DNA from: a virus
Lineage: Duplodnaviria; Caudoviricetes
Reading direction: 5' to 3' (one strand)
DNA: 58,368 nt
Virus record (IMG/VR): IMGVR_UViG_3300030108_004301
Span: 1 to 58,368 of that record
Under the pieces are notes generated by a model. It made no database searches, had not been told where the DNA came from, and saw only the letters and a list, made by a program, of their open reading frames with translations. Each line of letters opens with the position of its first letter. Positions within the stretch are counted from its first letter, which is position 1. Below are positions 38,480 to 48,617 of this stretch, one piece after another. A program made the position numbers and the translations under genes.

Positions 38480-39011
38480 AAAAGCTACTGAGGAATTAAA
38501 ATCCATATCTGAGCAAGGTATGAGTGAAGTGAGTAAATTAGCTACCAAACAAATTGAATTACAAAATGTAGTAGCAAACTTGGAATCACAATTAAAACAA
38601 GCTAAGAAAGATTTAAAAGTAGTTCAGGAAGATTTACTTCCTGCTGCTCTTTCTGAACATAATGTTACCAGTATAAATATTGAAGGTAATGAAATAAAAG
38701 TTGAAAATTTTTATAGTGCATCTATACCGAAAGACAGACAAGAACAAGCGTTCTCTTGGTTGTTGGATAATGGTTATGGTGATCTTATAAAAAATGTAGT
38801 TTCTGCAAACTTTGTGCGAGGCCAAGAAGGTAAAGCACAAGACTTTGTTGAAGAACTTGCTGGAAGAGGATTATCTGTTTCAACTAAGAAATGGGTAGAA
38901 CCGATGACTCTTAAAGCATTTGTTAAAGACCTTATTACTAAGGGACAATCAATACCAATGGATGATTTTGGTGTTTTCATCGGAACTAAAGCTAAAATAA
39001 CAAAGAAATAA
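38466..39011 (+). CDS. replication-module hypothetical protein
   Basis: AF.WL..NG.GDLIKN and V.P.TLKAFV motifs; directly upstream of the SSB-like gene. Confidence 0.8.
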   Translation: MSDFEKATEELKSISEQGMSEVSKLATKQIELQNVVANLESQLKQAKKDLKVVQEDLLPAALSEHNVTSINIEGNEIKVENFYSASIPKDRQEQAFSWLLDNGYGDLIKNVVSANFVRGQEGKAQDFVEELAGRGLSVSTKKWVEPMTLKAFVKDLITKGQSIPMDDFGVFIGTKAKITKK

Positions 39012-39023
39012 GGAGAAACAATT

Positions 39024-39833
39024 ATGGCAAAAGATAATGGTCAAACTAACCTTGACTTAAAACAAAAAGGTGCTGTCGCCACCACACAATTTGAAAGTTT
39101 TGAAGGAACTGGATTTGAGGAGGTAACGACAGAAGATTTAGCTATACCTTTTATAAGAATACTAGCACAACTAAGTCCTCAAGTAAATAAAAGGGACGGT
39201 GCTTATGTAGAGGGTGCTGAAGCAGGACACATATATAATACTGTACAAAACGAAGTATATGATGGAACACAGGGTATATCTGTTATTCCTTGTTACTATT
39301 CTAGAAAATATGTTGAATGGACACCAAGAGAAAAGGGAGGTGGTTATATTCAATCATATGCAACTACTGACCCAATAGTAAAGACCGCTGTAAAAAATGA
39401 GCTGGGACAAGATATATTACCTGATAGTGGTAACTTATTATCTAATACTTCTCACTTTTTTGTATTACATTTACATAAAACTTTAGGACCACAAAGAGGT
39501 CTTATAACTATGACCAGTACTCAATTAAAAAAGGGTAGAAAGTGGTTGACCCAAGCACAACAGTTTACTGCTAAGAAACAAAATGGTTCTATTATGCAGT
39601 TACCTCTCATGTCTCAGGTTTACACTTTAAAAACAGTTGAGGAAAAAAATGATAAAGGTAATTGGTTTGGTTGGGATATATCCCATGAAAGACAAATTGA
39701 TTTATCAAATGATTCAGAACAAAAAATATTTGAAATGGGTGTTCAGTTTGCTAAATCCATAGCTAAAGGAGAAGTAGAAATAAAGTCTGAACAAGAAAGT
39801 TCTTCTGAACCTAAAGACGAATCTGTAATGTAG
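39024..39833 (+). CDS. putative single-stranded DNA-binding protein
   Basis: DLAIP.I..L..LSPQV, Y.EW.PR, M.STQLKK.RKW and N.KG.WFGW motifs; acidic tail. Confidence 0.65.
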   Translation: MAKDNGQTNLDLKQKGAVATTQFESFEGTGFEEVTTEDLAIPFIRILAQLSPQVNKRDGAYVEGAEAGHIYNTVQNEVYDGTQGISVIPCYYSRKYVEWTPREKGGGYIQSYATTDPIVKTAVKNELGQDILPDSGNLLSNTSHFFVLHLHKTLGPQRGLITMTSTQLKKGRKWLTQAQQFTAKKQNGSIMQLPLMSQVYTLKTVEEKNDKGNWFGWDISHERQIDLSNDSEQKIFEMGVQFAKSIAKGEVEIKSEQESSSEPKDESVM

Positions 39834-39837
39834 TTAA

Positions 39838-41379
39838 ATGAACTCTAATAATTTAACAAAAACAATTGCAGAAAACTTGTTTTCAATTTTTCAGGGAAGT
39901 GATATTGCTCATGGAACATTTGTCACTAAAGGAACCTCCATAAATGGAAAAAAACAAGGTGTAGCTAAAGTTATTAGAGAACCAACAACCGTTGAGATGT
40001 GGGAAAAGCATCTCAATGGTGAGGTTGGTATAGGTATTATACCCATAAAAAGCGATAATAATTGTTTTTGGGGTGCAATAGATATTGATGAATATGATAT
40101 AAAACACAAAAAACTGTGTGAAAACCTTTTGAAAAATAAAATTCCTGCAGTAGTGGGAAGAACAAAAAGTGGTGGAGCTCACATATGGGTGTTTGTTTCT
40201 ACCGCAATCCCAGCAGAAGATATGCAAAGAAAAATGACAGAACTATCTGCTGCTCTTGGTTTTTCTGGTAGTGAAATATTTCCTAAACAAACAACTATAT
40301 TGTTAGAAAGAGGGGATACAGGAAACTTTTTAAATATGCCATACTTTTCTGGTTCTAAAAGCACACGATATGCTTTTGATGATAATGGCAACGCTGTTTC
40401 TGTAGAAGAATTTATAAAACTAGCCAAACAAAAAACGATAACACCTAACAAGTTTTTTAGTTTAGATTTTAGTTTTGGTGTTCCCAAAGAAGTTTTAAAA
40501 GATGGACCTCCGTGTTTACAGCATCTTTGTAAACAGGGTTTTGCTGAGGGATCACGAAACAATGCTCTTTTTAATTTAGGTGTTTATGCAAGATTACTAG
40601 ACCCAGATAATTGGGAAAACTTAATACAAAGATACAATATGGATTACTTAGATCCTCCTCTAAGCCACAGTGAGGTAGGAGCAGTAATAAGACAGTTAAA
40701 GAAAAAAGATTATTTTTACAAATGTGACGATCAACCGATAAAACCTTTTTGTGATAAAGAAGTATGTAAGACTAGAAAATATGGTGTAGGACCAAATGGT
40801 ATAGGTAATGATTTAAGTTCTCTAACTAAAATAGATGGTGACCCACCCATATGGATTTTAAATGTAGATGGGTTGAGAGTTGAGCTTTCTACTAATGGTT
40901 TAACTTCTCAAACACAGTTTCAAAAAGAGTGTGTTTCACAAATAAATAAATACCCACAAAGCGTCAACCAAAGGGCTTGGCAAGTAAGAATACAAACACT
41001 ATTAGATAATCTGACGATAGTCGAGGTTCCGCCTGATGCTACTATAAAAGGTGAGTTTGAAGATTTACTTCATGCGTTTGCCTGTGAGCGAGCAAAAGGA
41101 GAAGAAAAAGAAGATATTTTACAGGGAGTGGCAGTCTGGTATAATGATAAAGTATTTTTCCTAGTAAAAGATTTAAAAAAGCATTTGACCGTGAACGATT
41201 TTAACCATTACACTTCCAACAAAATAACACTAAGATTACAAGATTTAAAATCAGAAAAAACATTTTGGAGGGTAAGAGGTAAAGGTGTTCATGTTTGGTC
41301 ACTTCCTCAGAAATATTTTAAACCACAAGAAGAGAACATACCATTACCTGATCTTCCTCAACCGAAAGATGTCATATGA
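39838..41379 (+). CDS. AEP-superfamily primase with PriCT-like domain
   Basis: IDID, TKSGGAH, GN..NMPY, PPCL and GSRNNALF motifs. Confidence 0.8.
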   Translation: MNSNNLTKTIAENLFSIFQGSDIAHGTFVTKGTSINGKKQGVAKVIREPTTVEMWEKHLNGEVGIGIIPIKSDNNCFWGAIDIDEYDIKHKKLCENLLKNKIPAVVGRTKSGGAHIWVFVSTAIPAEDMQRKMTELSAALGFSGSEIFPKQTTILLERGDTGNFLNMPYFSGSKSTRYAFDDNGNAVSVEEFIKLAKQKTITPNKFFSLDFSFGVPKEVLKDGPPCLQHLCKQGFAEGSRNNALFNLGVYARLLDPDNWENLIQRYNMDYLDPPLSHSEVGAVIRQLKKKDYFYKCDDQPIKPFCDKEVCKTRKYGVGPNGIGNDLSSLTKIDGDPPIWILNVDGLRVELSTNGLTSQTQFQKECVSQINKYPQSVNQRAWQVRIQTLLDNLTIVEVPPDATIKGEFEDLLHAFACERAKGEEKEDILQGVAVWYNDKVFFLVKDLKKHLTVNDFNHYTSNKITLRLQDLKSEKTFWRVRGKGVHVWSLPQKYFKPQEENIPLPDLPQPKDVI

Positions 41380-42017
41380 ATAATGTTTTTTTCTCTAAAA
41401 AATACCAAGCGTATGTAAGGGAAAACACTTTGGATGAGTATATTTTTGGAGAAATATCATCTGCCTATAAAGACCTTGAAATAAAAAAAGGTGATGTAGT
41501 TTTAGATTTAGGAGCAAACATAGGTGCTTTCGCAAAACAAGCAGCAGAAAAGGACGCAATCGTACATTGTTACGAGCCTGAACCTAGTAACTTTACTCTT
41601 TTACAGTTAAACAGCCCGAACACTTATAATCATAAGAAGGCGGTTGTAGGTAAACAAAATGGAAAGATAAAACTATTTATAAATTCTAAAAGAAACAAGG
41701 GTATCCATATGATAAGGCCAGTGAATGGAAGAGAAAGCATAGAAGTAGAAACTGTTTCTTTTGGTGACCTTATAAATGAAATAAAACCAAACAAAATAAA
41801 AATAGATGTAGAGGGAGCAGAGTATGATTTTTTACCTTATGAGTTTCCCAGTTTTGTAGAAAGACTTGTTATGGAAATACATTTTCAGTACGACCCTTCT
41901 TGGAGAAAACTAGGTAGGGAAGTTCATGAAAATATGATCAAGCAAGGTTTTTCTTCTTTAAAAGAATTTAAAGACACAGGGAAAAACTGGCATATTATAG
42001 GAGCGTATGTAAGATAA
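41376..42017 (+). CDS. FkbM-family SAM-dependent methyltransferase
   Basis: VLDLGANIG.F, YEP.P.N, KIDVEGAEY and MEIH motifs. Confidence 0.88.
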   Translation: MNNVFFSKKYQAYVRENTLDEYIFGEISSAYKDLEIKKGDVVLDLGANIGAFAKQAAEKDAIVHCYEPEPSNFTLLQLNSPNTYNHKKAVVGKQNGKIKLFINSKRNKGIHMIRPVNGRESIEVETVSFGDLINEIKPNKIKIDVEGAEYDFLPYEFPSFVERLVMEIHFQYDPSWRKLGREVHENMIKQGFSSLKEFKDTGKNWHIIGAYVR

Positions 42018-43537
42018 TGCACATAGTATTAGGACCTCCAGGAACAGGAAAAACAACAACTTTATTAAAGTTAGTAGAAAAGCATTTAAAACAGGGAACA
42101 CCACCAGATAAGATAGGTTATTTTGCATTTACAAAAAGAGCAGCACAAGAAGCTATCCAAAGAGCGTGTTCTGCTTTTAATATAGAAAAAAGGGATTTAC
42201 CTTATTTTAGAACTCTTCACAGTTTGGCTTTCTTGCAAGGCGGTTTTAAACAAAGCCAAATTATGAAAGGAAAAGAGTACACAAATATATCTGAGTGGCT
42301 AAGGATAGGAAGGTTTTTTAACGAAGGTTCTACAGATCAAGGACCATACAAAGATTTTGGTTACGGAGATAAATTTTTAGAGATTATAAATATTTCTAGA
42401 ATACTTAGACAACCATTACAAAGGGTTTATAAAGAAAGTATTGTTCCACTAAAAACAGATTGGAGTAAAGTTGAATATGTAAACAGAGGTATCAGACATT
42501 GGAAAGATTCTTACGGTTTGTTTGATTACACAGATATGTTAGAAACCTTTTTGAAAAGAGATTTAGCACCAAAATTAGATGTAGTGTTTATTGATGAAGC
42601 TCAAGATCTTAGTCCTATACAATGGGAAATGGTAAAAAAGTTAGAAGAAAAAAGTAAAGTTTGTTATGTAGCAGGAGATGATGACCAAGCTATATTTAGG
42701 TATGCAGGAGCAGATGTAGATTACTTTGTAAATTTAAAAGGCGAAACAACCTTTTTAAAACAAAGTTTTAGAATACCGTTTAGTCACCACTATTTATCTG
42801 CAGAGGTTATAAAAAGAGTAGTAGGTAGAAGAAAAAAATCTTTTTCACCAAAACAAGTATCAGGAAAAGTTCACTGGCATAAACACTCAGAGCAAGTAGA
42901 TGTTTCTCAGGGTGAATGGTTGTTATTAAGTAGAACAACTAGAGGTGCTCAGCAAATAGAAGAGGAAGTAAGAAAACGAGGTCATTTGTACACATACAAT
43001 GGTTCTAAAAGTATAGATACCAATGTCATTGAAGCGGTTCGGCTATGGGAATCTTTACGAGAAGGAAGTTCTCTTAACCCTTCTCAAGTAAGGTTGGTTT
43101 ACAAACACATGAACATAAACACAGAAGTTGCTTACGGATATAAGACAATGCCAAAAGCAGATGAAGATAGGTATTATAGTCTTCAAGAACTTCAACAAGA
43201 CTATGGTCTTTTACATTCTAGAAAATGGGATGAGGGTTTAGGAAAAATATCAGATAAAGATAAAGTATATATAAAAGCGTGTTTGCGGAAAGGCGAAAAA
43301 CTTACAGAAACCCCAAGGATCAGAATATCAACAATACATTCCTCTAAAGGTTCTCAATCAGAAAATGTTATGTTGTTGACAGAAACAATGAAGAGACCTT
43401 ATTCAATGTGGAGAAAAAACAATTCTTTTGAGGAAGATGAAGCAAGAGTGTTCTATGTAGGACTAACACGATCACAGCAAAACCTACATTTGATCCACCC
43501 AATGTTTAGTCAGGGTTACCCTCTTCCTGTACGATAA
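42017..43537 (+). CDS. UvrD/Rep-like SF1 helicase
   Basis: GPPGTGKTT, TLHS, IDEAQD, GDDDQAI, STIHSSKG and FYVGLTR motifs. Confidence 0.93.
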   Translation: MHIVLGPPGTGKTTTLLKLVEKHLKQGTPPDKIGYFAFTKRAAQEAIQRACSAFNIEKRDLPYFRTLHSLAFLQGGFKQSQIMKGKEYTNISEWLRIGRFFNEGSTDQGPYKDFGYGDKFLEIINISRILRQPLQRVYKESIVPLKTDWSKVEYVNRGIRHWKDSYGLFDYTDMLETFLKRDLAPKLDVVFIDEAQDLSPIQWEMVKKLEEKSKVCYVAGDDDQAIFRYAGADVDYFVNLKGETTFLKQSFRIPFSHHYLSAEVIKRVVGRRKKSFSPKQVSGKVHWHKHSEQVDVSQGEWLLLSRTTRGAQQIEEEVRKRGHLYTYNGSKSIDTNVIEAVRLWESLREGSSLNPSQVRLVYKHMNINTEVAYGYKTMPKADEDRYYSLQELQQDYGLLHSRKWDEGLGKISDKDKVYIKACLRKGEKLTETPRIRISTIHSSKGSQSENVMLLTETMKRPYSMWRKNNSFEEDEARVFYVGLTRSQQNLHLIHPMFSQGYPLPVR

Positions 43538-43627
43538 CAAAAGAAATAAAAAAAGTTATCAGTAGCAATAATTTATATACAATTAATAATGTATTAAATG
43601 TTAATAATTTTTAAAGAAAGGAAATTT

Positions 43628-44653
43628 ATGTCGCATTTAGTAGAAACAATGGCTTATGCTGGAGAAGTTCCTTGGCATGGTCTAGGCAAACAAGTATCTG
43701 ACAATATGTCACCAAGTGATATGTTAAAAGCTGCTGAACTTGACTGGACAGTTACCAAGAGACCAGCATATACAATAGACAAGCCAGATTGTTGGAACAT
43801 AGTTGACCCAACTGGGGAAGCTAACTTTCTTCGTTGTGAAGATAATTACTTCCTAGTTCGTGATAGTGATAATAAAATACTATCACCTTGTGGGGAAAAC
43901 TATGTACCTTTTCAAAACGCAGAAGTGATGAGCTTTTTTAAGAAGTTTACACAAGCTGGACAAATGAAAATGGATACAGCAGGAAGCTTGAAACATGGTA
44001 AAGATATTTGGGGTTTAGCCAAACTCAGCGATAACTTTACACTTCCAGGAGATGACCGTATGGAGGGTTATCTTCTTTTAAATAATAGTCATCAGGTTGG
44101 TAAAGCTATGACTATTATGTTCACGCCTGTCAGGGTTGTGTGTAATAACACTCTTACTATGGCACTTGATTCAGGAGCAGAACGCTTCAGAGTTTTACAT
44201 TTACAAATGTTTGACGAAGAGGTAAAAAAAGCTGCTGAGGAAGCACTTGGTTTGAGTAACGCCTTATCCAAAACATTTAGTGAACAAGCTAATTTTTTAA
44301 GTTCCAAGAGGGCAAGAAGCCCAGAACTTGAAAAGTTTATAGCTGAACTTTTTCAACCCAATCTTTTGATTGAACGAGGTAAGGTCTCTGACCATTCCAA
44401 ACTTCCGCCAATACAAGATGAGTTTAAAAGGAACGCTGAACTTGTTTATGACGCAGTTGAGACTTCTCCTGGAGCAAGTCTTAAATCTGCAAAGGGTACT
44501 TGGTGGGGTGCTTTGAACGCTGTGACTTATGTTGTAGACCACAAGAAAAAATCACAAGAAAAGGGTAATTCTCTTCATTCTGCGTGGTTTGGTTCTGGAG
44601 CACAAGTAAAACGCAAGGCACTTAAGAAAGCACTTGAGTACGCAGAGGCGTAG
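43628..44653 (+). CDS. DUF932-family protein
   Basis: PWHGLG, TAGSL..G, TPVRVVCNNTL and GTWWGALNAVT motifs. ATG 43628 follows GAAAGGA. Confidence 0.85.
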   Translation: MSHLVETMAYAGEVPWHGLGKQVSDNMSPSDMLKAAELDWTVTKRPAYTIDKPDCWNIVDPTGEANFLRCEDNYFLVRDSDNKILSPCGENYVPFQNAEVMSFFKKFTQAGQMKMDTAGSLKHGKDIWGLAKLSDNFTLPGDDRMEGYLLLNNSHQVGKAMTIMFTPVRVVCNNTLTMALDSGAERFRVLHLQMFDEEVKKAAEEALGLSNALSKTFSEQANFLSSKRARSPELEKFIAELFQPNLLIERGKVSDHSKLPPIQDEFKRNAELVYDAVETSPGASLKSAKGTWWGALNAVTYVVDHKKKSQEKGNSLHSAWFGSGAQVKRKALKKALEYAEA

Positions 44654-44687
44654 GGGGATAAATTAAAGTTTGTCCTTGATTTTATTA

Positions 44688-44696
44688 TGGTATAAT
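44688..44696 (+). promoter_or_regulatory. extended -10 promoter for the modification operon
   Basis: TGgTATAAT. Confidence 0.55.
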
Positions 44697-44721
44697 ATTA
44701 TATTGTTTTTGTTAATATATA

Positions 44722-44780
44722 AGCCCAGTGATGTGTTGAGTCCTTTCGTACAGCATATCGCTGGGTTACCATAGAAAGGG
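44722..44780 (+). ncRNA. candidate cis-regulatory hairpin/pseudoknot with anti-SD loop
   Basis: 17-bp stem 44722-38/44751-67 with 4 G-U pairs. Loop UCCUUUC is complementary to the SD GAAAGGG at 44774-80. Confidence 0.55.
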
Positions 44781-44785
44781 TTAAA

Positions 44786-45709
44786 TTGAACACAACTCCC
44801 CAAACATTATTTCAACAAGATAAAGTAGAAAGTTTTTATAATTGGATTAATGAACGCCACAAAATATATCAAAAAAGATTACAAGGTTATCCTCCTCCGT
44901 GGACTGATGACCCAATACTACAGAAATATAAATTCACAAACCCATTCAGAGAAAACGATCGTGTTACTGTATGGATGAGAAACAACTGGACAACACCAAA
45001 CGACAACAAAAAGAATGCTGCTGAAATTATATTTAATTGCTGTTTGTTTAGAATGATAGGCACTATAGAATTTGCTGAAGATCACGGTTGGGTAAAAAAT
45101 AATTGGAATCCAGAAAAAACTAAAAAAATAATAGAAGATAGGTTAAGTAAAAAACAAAGAACATTTACTGGAGCATATATAATTACGAATCAGGGTATTT
45201 CTGCACCTAAAAAAGATGTAGTTGTAGATGAGTTCCTTGTACCGATTTGGAAAAACAAAAATGCAATTGCTGAAAATGCAGCTCATTATCAAACATTACA
45301 AAAAACCCACGAAAAATTAGGTGAATACAAAGGGTGGGGAGGCGGTGGTTTTATGGCTTATGAAGTTGTTTCTGACCTTAATTATACCTCTGTTCTAAAC
45401 AAAGCAGCGGATCGTTACACTTGGGCAAATGCAGGACCAGGAGCAATACGAGGAATAAATAGAATAGAAGGTGCTAACTTAAAACGATCTATGAAACCAG
45501 AAATATCTAATCAAAAAATGCAAAAAATTTTAGATTTAAAGTATGTTTATACTGCCGAACACATTGATGTTGCTTCTGTCGATATGAGAACAATAGAACA
45601 CAGTTTGTGTGAGTGGGATAAATATGAGAGAGTAAGACTCAATCAAGGCAGACCAAGAAGTAAGTTTTCTTGGAGCCATAACAAAATAGATAGTGGAGGA
45701 GTAAGATGA
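44786..45709 (+). CDS. aGPT-Pplase1 / 5-hmdU DNA kinase helical-domain-like DNA base-modification protein
   Basis: ERH.IY..R..G...PWT.DPIL..YKFTN.FRE.DR, F.AYEV..DL, GPGA.RG and IEH.LCE.DKY motifs; TTG start. Confidence 0.82.
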   Translation: MNTTPQTLFQQDKVESFYNWINERHKIYQKRLQGYPPPWTDDPILQKYKFTNPFRENDRVTVWMRNNWTTPNDNKKNAAEIIFNCCLFRMIGTIEFAEDHGWVKNNWNPEKTKKIIEDRLSKKQRTFTGAYIITNQGISAPKKDVVVDEFLVPIWKNKNAIAENAAHYQTLQKTHEKLGEYKGWGGGGFMAYEVVSDLNYTSVLNKAADRYTWANAGPGAIRGINRIEGANLKRSMKPEISNQKMQKILDLKYVYTAEHIDVASVDMRTIEHSLCEWDKYERVRLNQGRPRSKFSWSHNKIDSGGVR

Positions 45710-47010
45710 AATTTCTAATTACTTTTTTTCAGATACAAGATTATGGTGGAATAATAAACCATACCGAATATTTAACAGCAGGACTTAAGGAACTAGGACA
45801 TACTGTTGATATAGCTATGCTTGTTCCAAAGCACGGAGTTGTAAGAACAAGTTTACCAAAAGATATAGAAGATAAAACTAAGTATTCAATAAACCCAAAA
45901 GGAACTAACCTTTATCACAATCAAGCTAGAGGTTGGTATGGTATGACCAAAATACCTTATTTAAATGAGTACAGAAAAAATAAGTTTAAGGAAGATTGTT
46001 CTAATTATGACGCAGTCATTTGGCAAATTCCTGTTCCTACACTCAGTAAAGAAAACAAAGGTGTAAAAGATTGGTATGACTTATATAGCACAGGAACTAA
46101 AAACATAGCTGTCATACACGATGGTAACCTACCAAACTTATATCCTCATTTAGCGAGTGTTCAAAATAAGTTTTATTCTATGATTTGTGTTCATGAATCA
46201 GCATTTGAATCTGCTGAAAACATACAAATACCTAGAATGTTAGTTGTAAACCCTCATGACATACAAAAACAAGGACAGTATGGACAAAAGAAGTTTGAAG
46301 AAAAAGATGGTTTAGTTGCCATACAAATATTCAAAGGGTGGAAAAGAGTAGACTCTTTAGTACGAGCTATACCTTTTATGAACAATAAAGAACAAAAAAT
46401 TGTTGGAGGAGCAGGAATAGAATATAGATATATGACTAGCAAAGAAAAGTGCAAACCAAAATACTTTGAATCAAATGGTTCCAGAATATGGGATAATGCC
46501 TTAGCAAGTGGAATGGAATATGTTGGTGTTGTTGATAATGAAAAAGTATTTAATTATCTAAACAATGCAAAAGTACACATAGACCCAAGTTGGTCAAAAA
46601 AATATCACGCCTTTGGTTCTCATTTTAATAGAACAACAATTGAAGCTATGATATCAGGTTGCTTACCTATCGCTACAGATTTAGGTATGGGTAATTCTGA
46701 TATATTTAAAAAGAATAAAAACTATGTAGAAATATCACACGAAGCTACACCAAAACAATTTGCAGAAATTGTTGACGATTGTTTACAAAATAAAAGTAAG
46801 TGGCAAACGATTACAGATAATAATTGTGAAAAGCTACAAGAGTTCGACATGAAAAAAGTAGCAGATGAATATGTTGAAATTATTAAAGGCGGCTATGATA
46901 CGAAAAAAATAAAGAATGGACTAAACAACAATGAAATTATTACAAAATGCAACGATAATTTAGAATTTTTTAATTTTGGATTCCGTATGGAGCTCCCTCG
47001 ATCTGATTGA
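45706..47010 (+). CDS. GT-B (GT4-like) glycosyltransferase
   Basis: N-terminal GG...H...L..GL...GH.V, K..KRVD.LVRA and C-terminal DPS....EAM..G..PIA motifs. Confidence 0.82.
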   Translation: MKFLITFFQIQDYGGIINHTEYLTAGLKELGHTVDIAMLVPKHGVVRTSLPKDIEDKTKYSINPKGTNLYHNQARGWYGMTKIPYLNEYRKNKFKEDCSNYDAVIWQIPVPTLSKENKGVKDWYDLYSTGTKNIAVIHDGNLPNLYPHLASVQNKFYSMICVHESAFESAENIQIPRMLVVNPHDIQKQGQYGQKKFEEKDGLVAIQIFKGWKRVDSLVRAIPFMNNKEQKIVGGAGIEYRYMTSKEKCKPKYFESNGSRIWDNALASGMEYVGVVDNEKVFNYLNNAKVHIDPSWSKKYHAFGSHFNRTTIEAMISGCLPIATDLGMGNSDIFKKNKNYVEISHEATPKQFAEIVDDCLQNKSKWQTITDNNCEKLQEFDMKKVADEYVEIIKGGYDTKKIKNGLNNNEIITKCNDNLEFFNFGFRMELPRSD

Positions 47011-47066
47011 GGGTGTTCCGCATACAAAACTACCTTGCTAATAATAATGAAAACACAGGAGGAAAT

Positions 47067-48062
47067 ATGGAACATATAGCGGCTAGGAATGTAAGTGACG
47101 GCCTTTACCTTACAAAATTAAGTCTTTTAGAAGTAGGGAAGAAAGAAAACACGAGAAACGGTTGGGTTTTAGAATTTCCCACTCCTTTTTGCGTGACATA
47201 TACTCATCCAACAGAAAGAGTTTTATTTTATCCAGAAAGAGATGCTAACCCTTTTTTTCATTTGATGGAATCTTTGTGGATGTTGGCAGGAAGAAATGAT
47301 GTTGAGTGGATTTCTAAGTATAATAAAAGGATTTCTGATTACAGTGATAATGGAAGAACATTTCATGGAGCATATGGACATCGGTGGCGTAATCATTTTA
47401 GGGGAGGACCAAAAGAGTTTAAAGATCAGTTAGACCAAGTTATGATTAGATTACATAAATTTCCAAATGATCGTAGGGCTGTTGTTTCTATGTGGGATCC
47501 TAATGTTGATTTAGTAATGCACAATGATGGAAAGGATTATCCTTGTAACACTCAAATATTTTTTTCTAAAAGAGGGAAAGTTTTAAATATGACAGTGATA
47601 AATAGAAGTAATGATATTGTGTGGGGATTATTTGGTGCTAATGCAGTTCATATGTCTATGTTACAAGAATATATGGCAGCTAGAACAGAAAGCGAAGTTG
47701 GAACATATATTCACTTTAGTAACAATGCTCACGCTTACTTGGATACATTAGAAAAAATAAAAGATATGCAACCAGATTATGAATCTTATTTAATTATTGG
47801 GGACGATGCTTCACAATACCACTCACAACCGTTAGTAGATAACTGGTTAACTTTTGATGAAGAGTTAGCATTATGGTTTAGGAATGAGGAGGTAAATGTC
47901 TTTGAAAATAAATTTCTTTCTCTTACAGCTTTTAGAGTAAGGGAGGGTTGGCACTTTTGGAAACAAAAGAATATAAACAAAGCTATCGAAATATGTAAAA
48001 CGATAGAAGATCGTGCTTGGCGTAAAGCGTGTGTGGAGTGGCTTGAAAGGAGGAACAAATGA
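47067..48062 (+). CDS. thymidylate-synthase-superfamily enzyme, probable dUMP hydroxymethylase
   Basis: RDANPFF, GAYG.RWR, DRRAV..MWD, catalytic YPCN, RSND..WG..GAN (Asn indicates dUMP specificity) and NNAHAY. AGGAGG precedes ATG 47067. Confidence 0.85.
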   Translation: MEHIAARNVSDGLYLTKLSLLEVGKKENTRNGWVLEFPTPFCVTYTHPTERVLFYPERDANPFFHLMESLWMLAGRNDVEWISKYNKRISDYSDNGRTFHGAYGHRWRNHFRGGPKEFKDQLDQVMIRLHKFPNDRRAVVSMWDPNVDLVMHNDGKDYPCNTQIFFSKRGKVLNMTVINRSNDIVWGLFGANAVHMSMLQEYMAARTESEVGTYIHFSNNAHAYLDTLEKIKDMQPDYESYLIIGDDASQYHSQPLVDNWLTFDEELALWFRNEEVNVFENKFLSLTAFRVREGWHFWKQKNINKAIEICKTIEDRAWRKACVEWLERRNK

Positions 48063-48460
48063 AAAGCAGAATACTTCAGGAAGTTGAAAAACTAGCACAA
48101 GAAGATGCCTTTAAGTTAGAAGAGGCTGAAAAATCTTATGGTGATAGTTGGAAAAAAAGGGGAGGCGTTGGTGCATTCATGATGTTAGCTAGAAAATGGG
48201 ATAGAATAGCTCAGCAAAACAGCATGAAAAACACAGGATACGATATATTTAAGGCAATAAAGCAAGACGGTTATTCTGAAACAGGATTGTTAGATGATAT
48301 CCGTGACTTAAGAAGGTATTTACTTTTAGTAGAGGCTGAAATGTTTTTAAGAAGAGAGGGTGATCATCCTGTTAAAAGACATTTAAACACACAGTTCAGT
48401 CCTTATGAAAATGAAGAGGGTATGATTAGTGATAGTTGTGAGTGGAGAACAGATGAATGA
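48059..48460 (+). CDS. nucleotide-modification-associated (Nmad/MazG-like all-helical) protein
   Basis: SYG.SWKKRGG.GAFMMLARKWDR...D.I.DLRRYLLLVE motif, directly after the TS homologue. Confidence 0.65.
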   Translation: MKSRILQEVEKLAQEDAFKLEEAEKSYGDSWKKRGGVGAFMMLARKWDRIAQQNSMKNTGYDIFKAIKQDGYSETGLLDDIRDLRRYLLLVEAEMFLRREGDHPVKRHLNTQFSPYENEEGMISDSCEWRTDE

Positions 48461-48617
48461 TAAACTTTCTCAGTCAGTTATTGTTTTCTGCTCAGAATGT
48501 AACATCACACAGAGAAAAACTTGGAGAAAAATTAAGAACAAGTGGCCTCGGTGTAAAAAATGTAAACAACAAATGGTGGTGAAAATATATGGGTCAAATA
48601 CCTCTACTTCAACCTGA
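48453..48617 (+). CDS. small zinc-finger-like protein
   Basis: CxxC...CxxC; GGAG upstream. Confidence 0.5.
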   Translation: MNDKLSQSVIVFCSECNITQRKTWRKIKNKWPRCKKCKQQMVVKIYGSNTSTST

